This document shows positions 27,935 to 38,569 of a stretch of DNA of 64,000 nucleotides, piece after piece. This stretch comes from Escherichia phage JN02: sequence record MT782071.1, one strand, 5' to 3'. The position numbers and the translations under genes were made by a program. Position 1 is the first letter of the stretch. Every line of letters starts with the position of its first letter. Below the pieces are notes generated by a model that was not told the origin of the DNA, searched no databases, and saw nothing but the letters and a program-made list of their open reading frames with translations.

Positions 27935-29604
27935 TGATGAGTGATATCGCCACCGATTGGACGATAGGAAACACCAGTTTCTTTATCAGTTAGTACCCAT
28001 TTACCAGGATTTTTTGTAATCAGAGTAGCCGTTACAGGTTCTGCTACGTCATAACTAATAGAGCCGTCTTGAAGTACACGGCCCATGTTACGTAATTGCT
28101 TAGTCAGAAGTTCCATACCTTTATAATATGCGGCTACCGCTTTAAGTGGATTATTCTTGAAATAACCACCTAATGCAATCCAGATAATTGCTACAGCCAA
28201 ATGATGATACTCGTTAAATGAACTCATCTTTCCATATTTGTAAATTAATGGATTGATGTTAATAGTCACATTACAAGTTGTTTCGTCAATAGTAAACTGT
28301 CCCCAGGTCGGATTAGCGTTGAATTCATCATAACCTGAAACAGCATAAAGCACTTTAGCTTCATCGTACAATTTTGGCCCGTAAATCTTGGTTTCACCAA
28401 AATATCCACGAGGGTCGATAAACTTGACTTCGCCGTTATCAGTAATCATAGTATTACTGAAGTTCGGGTCACCATGAATAACAGAGTACTGTCCCTGAGA
28501 ACGGTTATGATAACGAATAAGGTGTTCTAAAGCTTGTTTCAACATTGGCTTCAGACGCCCAATCTTAGTGTAGTTCACATGTGTGATTTTACCAAATGAA
28601 TCAATCAATGGTTGAATACTTTCACAACGATCAATAACTTTCGTATAGAATTCTTTAGTGAAATCACGACGAACAGTTTCAGGACTTACAAAATAAGTGT
28701 CTGTGCTGAATTTCAGTGCATCTAAAATTGCATCAACAATTTGCGGACGAGCAAGACTCGATTTGGATTTAATATATTCAAATGCCGGCTTACCTTTAAT
28801 GCGTTCCATTTCAAAGTTATTTTCATTAACAGAAACTAACTGAGGAACTGAATCTGATTTCACTTTAAGATACCATGAAATCTCATCTTTCTGAAGAGCT
28901 CGGCCCTGTTCGGTTAATGCGAATTTAGTTACAGTTTCTTCACCAATTTCAACTGCATTAAAACTACGATTAAGTTCACGAACTTCATGAGCTTTTTCAA
29001 GTTTAGGCATATCACCTAAATCAATTAGATTCATAAGCTCTGATTTATTGAATGCGCCGCTGTAAAGGAATTCTACGAAATCACGTCCTTTGCAGTATTC
29101 ATGAATTTCCTCATCAGTAGAACCCATATAGAATTCCCAGTCTTTGAACTGATAAATTCCTACAACATTACCACCTGTTGAACCTACGTTAGTGATATTT
29201 TCACCGTCGAAATTATATCGACATTCGTCACCCTTAACATAGATTGCGTTAACATTCCAAGACCATGAACCAAAATCAGGAATAATATCACACCAGTTAA
29301 CAATTACATTATGGCCGTCTAAATCTTTATGTAATTTAGCAAGAGCATAAGCAGAACCATACGCTTCATCAACTGTACGAATAGTCACATTGAACCCTTC
29401 TTGCTCACAATAAGCTCGAACAGTTTCAGCAAATTTTGAATGAACTACTACAATAATTTCATCTGCGCCAAGGTCAGAATAAATTGTATACAAATTGCTC
29501 AGAATAGTGTCTTGTTTATAGTTAACAAGCACCTTAGGAATATGATGCGTTATTGGATACAAACGAGTTGCCAGTCCAGCACCAAGAATAACAGCTTTTT
29601 TCAT
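27919..29604 (-). CDS. bifunctional sugar-1-phosphate nucleotidyltransferase / anomeric sugar kinase
   Basis: 561 aa; N-terminal AVILGAGLATRL (G-x-G-T-R nucleotidyltransferase motif); C-terminal VIHGDPNFSNTMI...FIDP (APH/choline-kinase-type catalytic loop). Confidence 0.65.
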   Translation of the reverse strand: MKKAVILGAGLATRLYPITHHIPKVLVNYKQDTILSNLYTIYSDLGADEIIVVVHSKFAETVRAYCEQEGFNVTIRTVDEAYGSAYALAKLHKDLDGHNVIVNWCDIIPDFGSWSWNVNAIYVKGDECRYNFDGENITNVGSTGGNVVGIYQFKDWEFYMGSTDEEIHEYCKGRDFVEFLYSGAFNKSELMNLIDLGDMPKLEKAHEVRELNRSFNAVEIGEETVTKFALTEQGRALQKDEISWYLKVKSDSVPQLVSVNENNFEMERIKGKPAFEYIKSKSSLARPQIVDAILDALKFSTDTYFVSPETVRRDFTKEFYTKVIDRCESIQPLIDSFGKITHVNYTKIGRLKPMLKQALEHLIRYHNRSQGQYSVIHGDPNFSNTMITDNGEVKFIDPRGYFGETKIYGPKLYDEAKVLYAVSGYDEFNANPTWGQFTIDETTCNVTININPLIYKYGKMSSFNEYHHLAVAIIWIALGGYFKNNPLKAVAAYYKGMELLTKQLRNMGRVLQDGSISYDVAEPVTATLITKNPGKWVLTDKETGVSYRPIGGDITHQWERI

Positions 29605-29645
29605 GTTGTGGTCCTCATTGGTAAGTAGGAGTATTGTACACTATT

Positions 29646-29789
29646 CTAGTTAAAGCATTCATACTTTGCTTGTAGTCCAATCATAATCCATCCGATTATG
29701 AGAGTCGGAATCATTACTGGAGCCGTTAAGCTCCAGTAGATAGTCATGACAAGCATCAATAGTAAAAGTCCTATTGTTATTGCTTTCAT
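29646..29789 (-). CDS. small hydrophobic peptide (47 aa), below the ORF-track cutoff
   Basis: MKAITIGLLLLMLVMTIYWSLTAPVMIPTLIIGWIMIGLQ...; ATG overlaps the upstream stop (TAATG). Confidence 0.35.
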   Translation of the reverse strand: MKAITIGLLLLMLVMTIYWSLTAPVMIPTLIIGWIMIGLQAKYECFN

Positions 29790-30421
29790 TATTCGCCTCG
29801 TAACATGGCACCTAGTGCACCACCAGGGTGGAACTTAAGGAAGTCATTAGAGGTAAATCCACGTTCAGACGAAAGGTTGATAGCGAACGTATCGATAAGC
29901 GCTAACAACAATGTAGTAGACATTGTCGGAGCTAAAGAGTTCTCGTCAACTTCTACCGCGATGCCTGTACAGAAAGAGTAATCAAAAAGGGCTTCATTTT
30001 CTTGCGGAATGTCAGGGTTACAATGTAACAGAATCTGTTTAACCTGAGGACGAATCATACGAAGATGTTTAGCAACACCTATCATTTCTTCGGTCTTACC
30101 AGAACGACTAATATGAATCAACACATCATTAGGCGCAATGAATCCTGCATCGCCGTGAGAATAATGCCCGGTGTTCAAGTACATACTCGGGATACCGAGT
30201 GAAGCAAATGTCTCAGAAGCTTTAGTTGCAATATTAGCATTCTTACCAACACCTGTAATAATTACTCGGCTTTCATAATTGCTAAGTCCTGGGCGTCGAA
30301 GAGTTTCTAGAATAGCATTATAACGAGCAGGGTTTTGACTAATTACTTTGGCCATAGCGGCCAAAGAAGAAGCTTGTTTTACGATTGCGTCAATAGCGAT
30401 AGTAATAGGAGTAGTTTTCAT
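29789..30421 (-). CDS. SIS-domain sugar-phosphate isomerase, arabinose-5-phosphate isomerase-like
   Basis: 210 aa; VIITGVGKNANIATKAS, HGDAGFI, ISRSGKTEE and APTMSTT...FLKFHPGGALG match KdsD/GutQ/KpsF SIS signatures. Confidence 0.7.
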   Translation of the reverse strand: MKTTPITIAIDAIVKQASSLAAMAKVISQNPARYNAILETLRRPGLSNYESRVIITGVGKNANIATKASETFASLGIPSMYLNTGHYSHGDAGFIAPNDVLIHISRSGKTEEMIGVAKHLRMIRPQVKQILLHCNPDIPQENEALFDYSFCTGIAVEVDENSLAPTMSTTLLLALIDTFAINLSSERGFTSNDFLKFHPGGALGAMLRGE

Positions 30422-30461
30422 ATTTCTCTCATTTAATTAGTTTACCGTCCATGGTATTATA

Positions 30462-33173
30462 TCAAAAATCGAACATATCGAACAGAGATGCTTTCTTCTC
30501 GTAATCGAGTTTCGCTGCTGATGTGAATCCTTCAAGTGGTTTAATAAATGTCTTCTCAAGGAGAACAGTGTAGTCCATCCAATGAAGTACGTCGTCTTTA
30601 ATTAAATCTGTGATTTCAGTACCAGAAGGCCATGCGATACATTTATCACCGAATGGGTTTCCTTCACGTAAAGGCAGAACATATACTTTTTCACCTTCTA
30701 CAACTTGTGGAGCATCAATATTACCTTTGATAGCCCGGTTATACGTCAGAATTCCACGAATATGGAACGGACATTTAGGACCAGGGAATCCACCTACATC
30801 ATATTTATCAATGTTATTCGCAGAAGATACTGACGCGATGCTAATATAATTCAATTGACGGAATTCTTTTTCAAACTCTTTAAAATATTCTTGTAATGAT
30901 TCTTCACCTTCTTGAAGCATACGACGAATACATTCTTTAAGAGCTTTCTGTACTGCTTTAGGAGTCGAAGATTTCTGCGTTTCGAGACCCATGATTTTAA
31001 GCTTAGGTTCAGCGTAACGAGTACCTTCCATATCCCACACGTTTAATGCATAACGTTTCTTACCAGTCCAGAATCCACCAATACCTTTAGAACCGAGCGG
31101 AGGACCAGCGATAGCTTCTCGGTCCATGAACATTAAGTGTTGTTTATTGTTCATGTATTCACACATTTCACGGAAACCTCTATCAATAGCTGGTTCCATA
31201 CGTTCACGTGCAAACTTATCTAAGAAGTCTACCCAATGGTTGGTATCACGGAATTTAGATTCACCAACCTTATCGATAATTTTATCAGCAGATACGTAAA
31301 TAGAGTCTGTATCACCATAAAGAACGAAAGCTTCTCCTTCTGTACCACAAACTTCATTCAGATATTCATTAACTTTACGTTCAATCCACTGTAAAGCCAT
31401 TTGACCAAATGTTGTGATTGCAGTAGCATTACGCAAATCATAATAACGGAACCATACGTTACCAAGTGCACCATAAAGCGAGTTGATAAGCAATTTACGG
31501 TTAATTTGTGCAGTCATACCTGCAACTTCAGTACGTTGAGCTCTGAACAACATTTCATTAAGAGATTTAGCAGACAACTTTTTAATCTTTTCTTTAATCT
31601 CGTCAGTGAAGTCGAAACGATAATCAACATCTAATGGTTCGTCAACAGAAAGATTAGGATTATGCAATGCCTCTTTAATTATTTCACCGTTACGTTGAGC
31701 TGCAAGCATATAACCTTTATGTTCTTTACGTTGATTAAAGACCTTAGTGATTTCAGTTGGAACTACACCGTCACGGTCTTTATAATACATCATGCCGTTA
31801 GGAGAGCAACTGTACACATCTGAAGGACGTTCAGCAACAGCGTTAATATAATCATGCAGTGGAGCTACTTTAAACGTTCCTGCTATTGTTTCTGGGCTAA
31901 TATTCACTTGGCGAATAATACTTGGATACAGAGATGTGAGGTCGAAGCTCATCACATATTTGTATCGATTTGGGATAGGTTCCTTAACAAAAGCACCAGG
32001 ATAAGGTTGAACCGGGTGAGAACGACCTTGTGGAATCACCTTGTTTTGCTCTTTAAGGCTATTAAAAATAATAGCATCCCATGTTTTAATTGGGCTAAAC
32101 ACAGATTGAATCTGTATCTTAGCATAATAACCCATGTCCAAGCTCAAGTTAATGAACTGACGTTTACCATCAATTTGTAATACACGATACACGTCGATAA
32201 TGTTATAAGAAATATATCGTTGGTGATTGCTTTCACGAAGCTTAGAAATAGGGCCGTCATATTTCAGTTTACCGACGTTCAATTCAAATTCTGAAATGTA
32301 ATCCAGAGAATACGACGGTTGATTAGTAAAAGAGAATTTTTTGTAAAGGTCAATGTAATCAAGAACAGAGATACCGAACAATGTAATGATTTCACGAGAA
32401 CCATACATGTTTTCGATAACTTTAACACGAGTTTTACGATGTGGTGATAAACGTTTCGCAGTAGATTCGCCAAAAATATTCTTGATTCGGTTATACACAT
32501 ATGGAATATCAAATGACTCAACGTTCCATCCGGTTAAAATGACAGGAGTTTTCTGTTGCCAGAAGTTGAGATATTCCATCAACAATTCTTTTTCGTTATC
32601 GAACGGCATATAAATGATTTTATCGATAATTTCGGATGGAACTTCATCACCACCTTGTTCTTGAAGCTTAGCCGCAATTTCGATAGACCATTCTTCCACA
32701 TTACCGTATGGAGAATTCAAAAGGTCAAATACGTAGAACCTGTCGTCAATTGAGTCATAATGGGTGATAGCATCAATTGGATGTTTTGCTTGTGACGGCT
32801 CAGGGAACCCATCCGGAGATGTTACTTCGATGTCGAAGTTAGCCACACGAATTTTTGTATGGTCGTATTTGATTTCATAGTTATAAGTGTCAGACAAATA
32901 CGCCAATTTGAAATCGTCCATGCCAAGTGCTTCAAGTCCGATATCTTCCATGCGTTTAATCCATTGGGAGGCATCACGCATATTGGCGAACAACTTACGA
33001 GTACACGGCTTACCGTAGATATCGAAATATTTCGTAGCCTGACTTTCTGGACAATGAGCAAACAGTGATGGTTTATATTCTACTTCACGAGTACGTTCAC
33101 GGCCATTAGAATCGATGTAACGTTCAAAAATTGAATCACCAATCTGTTCAACCGTTAAGTAAAATTCTTTCAT
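30462..33173 (-). CDS. 43: DNA polymerase (family B) with 3'-5' exonuclease
   Basis: 903 aa; matches the RB69 gp43 sequence as recalled (MKEFYLTVEQIGDSIFERYID...), with Asp at both exonuclease positions; YGDTDS motif. Confidence 0.97.
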   Translation of the reverse strand: MKEFYLTVEQIGDSIFERYIDSNGRERTREVEYKPSLFAHCPESQATKYFDIYGKPCTRKLFANMRDASQWIKRMEDIGLEALGMDDFKLAYLSDTYNYEIKYDHTKIRVANFDIEVTSPDGFPEPSQAKHPIDAITHYDSIDDRFYVFDLLNSPYGNVEEWSIEIAAKLQEQGGDEVPSEIIDKIIYMPFDNEKELLMEYLNFWQQKTPVILTGWNVESFDIPYVYNRIKNIFGESTAKRLSPHRKTRVKVIENMYGSREIITLFGISVLDYIDLYKKFSFTNQPSYSLDYISEFELNVGKLKYDGPISKLRESNHQRYISYNIIDVYRVLQIDGKRQFINLSLDMGYYAKIQIQSVFSPIKTWDAIIFNSLKEQNKVIPQGRSHPVQPYPGAFVKEPIPNRYKYVMSFDLTSLYPSIIRQVNISPETIAGTFKVAPLHDYINAVAERPSDVYSCSPNGMMYYKDRDGVVPTEITKVFNQRKEHKGYMLAAQRNGEIIKEALHNPNLSVDEPLDVDYRFDFTDEIKEKIKKLSAKSLNEMLFRAQRTEVAGMTAQINRKLLINSLYGALGNVWFRYYDLRNATAITTFGQMALQWIERKVNEYLNEVCGTEGEAFVLYGDTDSIYVSADKIIDKVGESKFRDTNHWVDFLDKFARERMEPAIDRGFREMCEYMNNKQHLMFMDREAIAGPPLGSKGIGGFWTGKKRYALNVWDMEGTRYAEPKLKIMGLETQKSSTPKAVQKALKECIRRMLQEGEESLQEYFKEFEKEFRQLNYISIASVSSANNIDKYDVGGFPGPKCPFHIRGILTYNRAIKGNIDAPQVVEGEKVYVLPLREGNPFGDKCIAWPSGTEITDLIKDDVLHWMDYTVLLEKTFIKPLEGFTSAAKLDYEKKASLFDMFDF

Positions 33174-33233
33174 TTAATTTCCTTTAGACGAGTTATTGTC
33201 TTTTGTTTGTTGATGAACTTATTATACTCCAAA

Positions 33234-33249
33234 TGGGACCGAAGTCCCA
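33234..33249 (-). promoter_or_regulatory. RNA hairpin in gene 43 leader (candidate translational operator)
   Basis: tgggac-cgaa-gtccca between regA stop and gene 43 start; T4 gp43 is known to autoregulate via a leader hairpin. Confidence 0.35.
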
Positions 33250-33254
33250 TTGCT

Positions 33255-33632
33255 TTAATTACCAATTGTATATTTTGCTTTCAAAGTCCAGTCATCTTTC
33301 TGTTTAAAAGAGATAACACGGAAGTTATTAGTAAGGCCAAACAGATCTTCACGAGCAGAGTCTTCAATAACAATCAATCCCCAGTCTTCAAGCAACTGAG
33401 CAATCGAATCACGTCGCTGATAGTCTTCACCATCAATATCAACCTGACGTCCGTCCATACGCAGCATTTCTTTAAAGTGGACGATATAGTACTTACCTTG
33501 CTTTTGGAGGATATGACAAGACTGGTAAAGGACTTTATCCTTGTTATTAGCGATGCCCATACGGGTCAAAGTCTCTTTGACTTTCAGAAAATCTTCAGGG
33601 TTCTTCAATTTAATTTCAATCATTTTTACCAT
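33255..33632 (-). CDS. regA: RegA translational repressor
   Basis: [30 protein letters not shown]...[13 protein letters not shown] matches T4 RegA; true start likely the internal MIEIKL (about 33623). Confidence 0.9.
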   Translation of the reverse strand: MVKMIEIKLKNPEDFLKVKETLTRMGIANNKDKVLYQSCHILQKQGKYYIVHFKEMLRMDGRQVDIDGEDYQRRDSIAQLLEDWGLIVIEDSAREDLFGLTNNFRVISFKQKDDWTLKAKYTIGN

Positions 33633-34189
33633 TCCAATGCTAATTTTTTAAATTGTTTTTGTTCTTTCACATTTTTTGTAACTTCTTTGAGAAACTCATC
33701 AGTGACCATGGCCTTCAGTTCTTTAAGGACTATTGGCAACTTGTTATTTTTTTCAAGGAGCCGCTTATACTCAGTAGCATCATTCATGTTGATTGTGTAA
33801 TGTTTCATCAACAGTTTGATAACTAGTAACTCTGAAGTGTCTTCGACTAGTTTAGCCCATTTAGAGAATCGACGACCACGCGGAATTGCCGCCATCATAT
33901 AGTTGAAGTGCGCTTCATCACTTAATTCAGAACCGACTAAGTTCATCATGTAAACAGCTGGCATACATTCTGGGAACTGGGATAATGAGTTCTCAACCAT
34001 AAATTTTGAGTAGTCGACCTGAGCAATTGACATAGGTTTCTTTTCATTAATAGCATTAATGATTTTAAAGAATTCATTCTCAGGTTTTTCTTTAAACATA
34101 TCAGCACATTTTTGAATCGCATCAGCGTCATTAGACTTCCATGCAATTTGGTGCTCGTTAAGCTGGACGTCATCATCGAATAAGTTCAT
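33626..34189 (-). CDS. 62: clamp loader small subunit
   Basis: 187 aa; [11 protein letters not shown]...[21 protein letters not shown] matches T4 gp62 as recalled. Confidence 0.9.
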   Translation of the reverse strand: MNLFDDDVQLNEHQIAWKSNDADAIQKCADMFKEKPENEFFKIINAINEKKPMSIAQVDYSKFMVENSLSQFPECMPAVYMMNLVGSELSDEAHFNYMMAAIPRGRRFSKWAKLVEDTSELLVIKLLMKHYTINMNDATEYKRLLEKNNKLPIVLKELKAMVTDEFLKEVTKNVKEQKQFKKLALEW

Positions 34190-34190
34190 A

Positions 34191-35153
34191 TTATTTCCAA
34201 GTCAATTCGCAGGTCAGTTGAAGAAGCATATACATAACATGTAATTCAATATTACTTGCTAATCCATGAAACTTATTGTTTTCGCCTGCAATTTCATAAA
34301 GCGAAATAATACTTTTACCAGGTGCAACTTGGTCATAACATTCAGAAACTAATTTATCGATGAACCATGAATAATCTGCGGCATATTTTGGAGCTAATGC
34401 ACGAAGCTGTTTGATATCTTTGTTCTTCATTGCTTCGATAACATCAGAGACTGTGCCACGGTCATTAGTTACGATAGACAAAATACCAGCATCAAGAACA
34501 CCTTTAGACGAGTACTGGTCTAATTGACCAATTGTGCGACGAAAGTCCGGGAAGTTCTTTTTAACCAGAGCTGCAACAACTTTCATATCAGCGATTTCGA
34601 TATTTTCATTCTTACAGATTTCAACCATACGATGAATCATTTTCTTCATCATCGAGATTTTATCTTCTTCGGTTGGACGTCCGAATTCGATAACTCGACA
34701 ACGACTACGTAATGGTTCAATAATTCCATCGATGTTGTTAGCAGTAATAACAATAGAGCAGTTACTAGAGAATTCTTCCATAAACGTACGAAGGTGACGT
34801 TGTGATTCGGCGAGGCCACTACGGTCAAATTCATCAATAACAATAACTTTAGGCTTACCTTCCATTGAGACTGAACGAGCGAATGCGGTTAACGGTCCCC
34901 GCACAAAATCAATCTTACAATCAGAACCGTTGACGAACATCATTTCGGCATTGATATCATTACATAATGCTTTTGCTACGGTTGTTTTACCTGTACCAGG
35001 AGAAGGAGAGTGCAAAATAATATGAGGAAGTTTTCCTTTAGATACTAAAGACTTGAATGTTTCATGGTCATACGCAGGCAGAATACATTCGTCAATGGAA
35101 GAAGGACGATATTTCTGTTCTAGAATGTGTTCTTTGGAATTGATAGTAATCAT
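34191..35153 (-). CDS. 44: clamp loader large subunit (AAA+)
   Basis: 320 aa; Walker [11 protein letters not shown], Walker B VIVIDEFD. Confidence 0.9.
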   Translation of the reverse strand: MITINSKEHILEQKYRPSSIDECILPAYDHETFKSLVSKGKLPHIILHSPSPGTGKTTVAKALCNDINAEMMFVNGSDCKIDFVRGPLTAFARSVSMEGKPKVIVIDEFDRSGLAESQRHLRTFMEEFSSNCSIVITANNIDGIIEPLRSRCRVIEFGRPTEEDKISMMKKMIHRMVEICKNENIEIADMKVVAALVKKNFPDFRRTIGQLDQYSSKGVLDAGILSIVTNDRGTVSDVIEAMKNKDIKQLRALAPKYAADYSWFIDKLVSECYDQVAPGKSIISLYEIAGENNKFHGLASNIELHVMYMLLQLTCELTWK

Positions 35154-35228
35154 GTAATTTTCCTCATTATCATTAAACTGGAGGATTTCTCCTCCATAAT
35201 CGTATCACAATAAACGTAAAGCTTTGAC

Positions 35229-35930
35229 TTAGAAGTCGTGAGTAGAATCGGCTTCCATCGCAATAACATAACTTACTTGAGAGCTTTCAAACTTGGCTGC
35301 AACTTTATCACCAGCTCCCCACAACATTACTTTATAGTTACCTGGCTGGATTTTCATATTAGCCATATTGATTACGAAGTTAAAATTGTTAGAACCATCA
35401 TAATCGGTAAGAGTCAAAGAATACTTAGGACGAGTTAATCCAGAATCTTCAACTTTATTGTAGCCATTGATAACAATTTTACCATCTTTATTTGTAATAG
35501 CAATTGTATCAATTTGAAGACCACGTGAAACTCGAAGCAATTGTTGAAGGTCTTCAGCTTTAATTTCAGTAATCACGGAAGCCACTGGGAATTGAATTGG
35601 CTTATTAGGAAAAACAATGGTGCTCTTGTCAGCGGCAGGCCAATAAACTGTGGAACGTGTATCTGCAATTTTAATATTGCCATCGGTGTGCATTGAAATT
35701 TCAGCATCATCAGACACTAGACTCAAAATGCTTAAGAAGCTATTCAAATCATAAAGTGCTACGTCAAAATCAATTTCATCAGAGATATTTGCTTCCGCAT
35801 AAGTGGTGCCATTAACTGCACGAGTCATAATAAATTTACCTTGACTCAGCAGAATGCCGGAGTTAATAGAGGCAAAGTTTTTCAGAATAGCGATAGTATC
35901 TTTAGACAGTTTCATTTTATTTCCTTTCAA
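35229..35930 (-). CDS. 45: sliding clamp
   Basis: about 228 aa from the likely start MKLSKDTIAIL (about 35915); position and size as T4 gp45. Confidence 0.85.
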   Translation of the reverse strand: MKGNKMKLSKDTIAILKNFASINSGILLSQGKFIMTRAVNGTTYAEANISDEIDFDVALYDLNSFLSILSLVSDDAEISMHTDGNIKIADTRSTVYWPAADKSTIVFPNKPIQFPVASVITEIKAEDLQQLLRVSRGLQIDTIAITNKDGKIVINGYNKVEDSGLTRPKYSLTLTDYDGSNNFNFVINMANMKIQPGNYKVMLWGAGDKVAAKFESSQVSYVIAMEADSTHDF

Positions 35931-35957
35931 GACAATTCAAAGTTTATAACAAATTTA

Positions 35958-36374
35958 TTATGCAGCAACCATCTGCTTTTTAATAGCTTCAGGCAGTGAT
36001 TCAATATATTCTGGAATTTTAGAAGCAACAATTTCGCCAGCTGCAATTAGTTGTTCGTCGGCATCAACACAGTAGAGATCTTCCAGACGCTCAGAACCAT
36101 CTTTATCAAGAACGATTTTTCCGCCGGCTTCAATAGAATCTTTATAGTGCTTACGCATCAGATGAATCCACATATCAGATACATCGTTATCAATAAAACC
36201 ATAAATCATAAAACGAGTTTCTTGTGGCAAAGATTGGAGTTTTTTAGCACTTACATCATCACAATGCAGGACCCATGCTTTACGAACACGATTATGGTTA
36301 TGTGGGTTAGCGTCAGTACGGATAGAAGTAACTTTCAGATCAGCAGCAGTGAAACCTTTAGCAGTAGTAAACAT
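35958..36374 (-). CDS. rpbA: RNA polymerase-binding protein RpbA-like, by synteny
   Basis: 138-aa ORF between 45 and 46. Confidence 0.45.
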   Translation of the reverse strand: MFTTAKGFTAADLKVTSIRTDANPHNHNRVRKAWVLHCDDVSAKKLQSLPQETRFMIYGFIDNDVSDMWIHLMRKHYKDSIEAGGKIVLDKDGSERLEDLYCVDADEQLIAAGEIVASKIPEYIESLPEAIKKQMVAA

Positions 36375-36386
36375 ATTATTTCTCTC

Positions 36387-36587
36387 TTATTCGTAGAAGT
36401 CGGTAACTGTCCATGCGGAATTGCGATTAGACATTATTCTATTATACTCATCTTTAAAAGCAGATTTGAGCATTTGTTCAGTAACAATATGTTCTTCACC
36501 TGAAAACGTATTGGTCAAAACATATTTTTTAATTTCAGGGACAACGAGAAGATGTTGACCGGTTGAATACTCCATGATGTTCTCCAT
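36387..36587 (-). CDS. hypothetical small protein
   Basis: 66-aa ORF. Confidence 0.3.
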   Translation of the reverse strand: MENIMEYSTGQHLLVVPEIKKYVLTNTFSGEEHIVTEQMLKSAFKDEYNRIMSNRNSAWTVTDFYE

Positions 36588-36629
36588 TTAATTTGATGTG
36601 GTCATTATAACCACATCATGTTAAAGCGT

Positions 36630-38318
36630 TTATGAAACAGTCATTACCGTAAATCGTCCAACTTTGCTCATCTGAAGATGTTGTCCATAACGTTGAGGGT
36701 CATGGTCTCGATGAGAGATAATAAACACATTAGTATTTTGTAAACTTCCAAGAATGGTATCTATAGCCTTAACAGCCTCAGAATCAACAGCGCCATCAAA
36801 AACCTCATCAAGAATCAGAGTGTTGATTTTAACGCCAGAGACCTTTTCAGCAATATCTCGCCATGTAAACAACAATGCGATATCGATACGCGCTTTTTCG
36901 CCTTGACTAAATGAAGCATAACTAAAATCTTCACGACCACGTGATTTTATAGATTCATTGAATTCTTCGTCAATAGAAAACACGTAATCGGCTTCCATGA
37001 TTTTAAGATAATGGTTAATCTGCTTGTTGAACAGAGGCACATATTTTTTAATGATAGCACCTTTAATACCAGAATCTTTTAACATATCTGTGATAATACC
37101 ACGATGGTATTTTTCAAGAACGATATCCGATTTTGTTTTAATGATTTTATCAAGTTCTTTTTGAAGCAAAGCTATCTCATCGGCATGGTCGATAAATTCC
37201 GCCGAGGCTTGTTCTATTGCAGCTTTAACTTTCTTAGCTTTATCAATAGTGGCAATCATTGCTTGTTTCTTGGTACGAATATCAGATGCAAGGTCCTGTT
37301 TAGTCTTAACATTAGCTCTATATTCGTCCACTAGGACACTCAGATTATCTCTGTGACATGTAAGTTGCTCGAATGAGTGATTACATTCGTGAAGCTTATT
37401 GGTAATCTTAGAGACAATAGGATCACCCTGGTGCAACTGTGATGCACAAGTAGGACATGTACCACCATCATGATACATCTTAATAACTTTGTTATATGAG
37501 TCAATTTTAGATTTAATCAAGAATGCTTCTTGTCCGATCTTGTTGAACGCCTCAGTAGGGTCTTCATCAAGAACGATATTAAGTAGTCGCTCATTAGCTT
37601 CTTCGATTTCTGCTTTTAATGAACGAGCTTCTTTGGCTAGGTCGTCATACATATTCTGTAGACGCGCTACATTATCACCAGATAATTTCTTTTGACGTTC
37701 GATATTCTCGTTATAAATCTTAATTTGTTGGATAACACCATCTTTCTTGGCATCGAGAACTTGTCCCTGGGAATTAAGTTCTCTAACTTGAGACTTATTG
37801 ATTTTATCCATTTCAGCGAGTGTGCCGACTTCTAAAAGGTCTTCGACAAGTTTTCTACGAGCAGGGGTGCTAAGAGCCATGAAAGGGGTATACCCTGCCG
37901 TCCCAAGCACAACGATTTGTTTAAAAGACGCGTATGACATTCCGATGCTACGTTCAAATTCTTCTTGGAAGTCACGACTGCTGGCAGATTCATCAAGACG
38001 AACACCGTCAACGGAGATTTCGAAAATATTGGGCTTTTGGCCACGTTTAATGAAGTATTTTTTACCATCGAATTCCATCCAAAGCTCAACTAAGAGCTCT
38101 TTCTTGTTCGTGCTATTAATGATTTGCCCTTTCTTAACATCACGAAATGGTTTACCGAAAAGTCCGAAAGTAATGGCTTCTAACATCGTAGATTTACCAC
38201 CACCATTTTTACCAGTGATTAATGTCTTTTGGACTTTATCTAATTGGATGTCAATAGGATTCCCACCTACCGACATGATGTTTTGATAACGAACACGATT
38301 TAATTTAAATGATTTCAT
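36630..38318 (-). CDS. 46: recombination endonuclease subunit (Rad50/SbcC-like ATPase)
   Basis: 562 aa; Walker A GKNGGGKST, coiled-coil middle, CPTC zinc hook, C-terminal LILDEVFD. Confidence 0.9.
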   Translation of the reverse strand: MKSFKLNRVRYQNIMSVGGNPIDIQLDKVQKTLITGKNGGGKSTMLEAITFGLFGKPFRDVKKGQIINSTNKKELLVELWMEFDGKKYFIKRGQKPNIFEISVDGVRLDESASSRDFQEEFERSIGMSYASFKQIVVLGTAGYTPFMALSTPARRKLVEDLLEVGTLAEMDKINKSQVRELNSQGQVLDAKKDGVIQQIKIYNENIERQKKLSGDNVARLQNMYDDLAKEARSLKAEIEEANERLLNIVLDEDPTEAFNKIGQEAFLIKSKIDSYNKVIKMYHDGGTCPTCASQLHQGDPIVSKITNKLHECNHSFEQLTCHRDNLSVLVDEYRANVKTKQDLASDIRTKKQAMIATIDKAKKVKAAIEQASAEFIDHADEIALLQKELDKIIKTKSDIVLEKYHRGIITDMLKDSGIKGAIIKKYVPLFNKQINHYLKIMEADYVFSIDEEFNESIKSRGREDFSYASFSQGEKARIDIALLFTWRDIAEKVSGVKINTLILDEVFDGAVDSEAVKAIDTILGSLQNTNVFIISHRDHDPQRYGQHLQMSKVGRFTVMTVS

Positions 38319-38569
38319 ATGTATTCTCTTCGAATGAAGTCCTCTACATATTTTAACATGTCATCTCTATCAGCAAAATATTCATCTAGTTCTGCATACA
38401 TAACAACACCTGGTGCGTACTCACAGGTAACATACATTGTTCCAAAGAAACGAGGAGTTGATTCCTCGTAATTCTCAGTCCATTCAACGATACCAATATA
38501 ACCGTCGCCAATACTAAATTCATGACGATGGATTTCATAGTCAGTCTTCGTCATTATACGCATCCTCAA
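38315..38569 (-). CDS. hypothetical protein
   Basis: 84-aa ORF. Confidence 0.35.
   Translation of the reverse strand: MRMRIMTKTDYEIHRHEFSIGDGYIGIVEWTENYEESTPRFFGTMYVTCEYAPGVVMYAELDEYFADRDDMLKYVEDFIRREYI

Noticed and set aside
33207-33800. 197-aa plus-strand ORF, and other long plus-strand ORFs such as 752..1174, 36051..36503, 37798..38286, 42824..43270, 53978..54334
   Set aside because: They lie antisense to well-supported conserved genes (regA/62, rIIA, rpbA, 46 and others), have low-complexity composition typical of shadow frames in AT-rich DNA, and lack convincing RBSs
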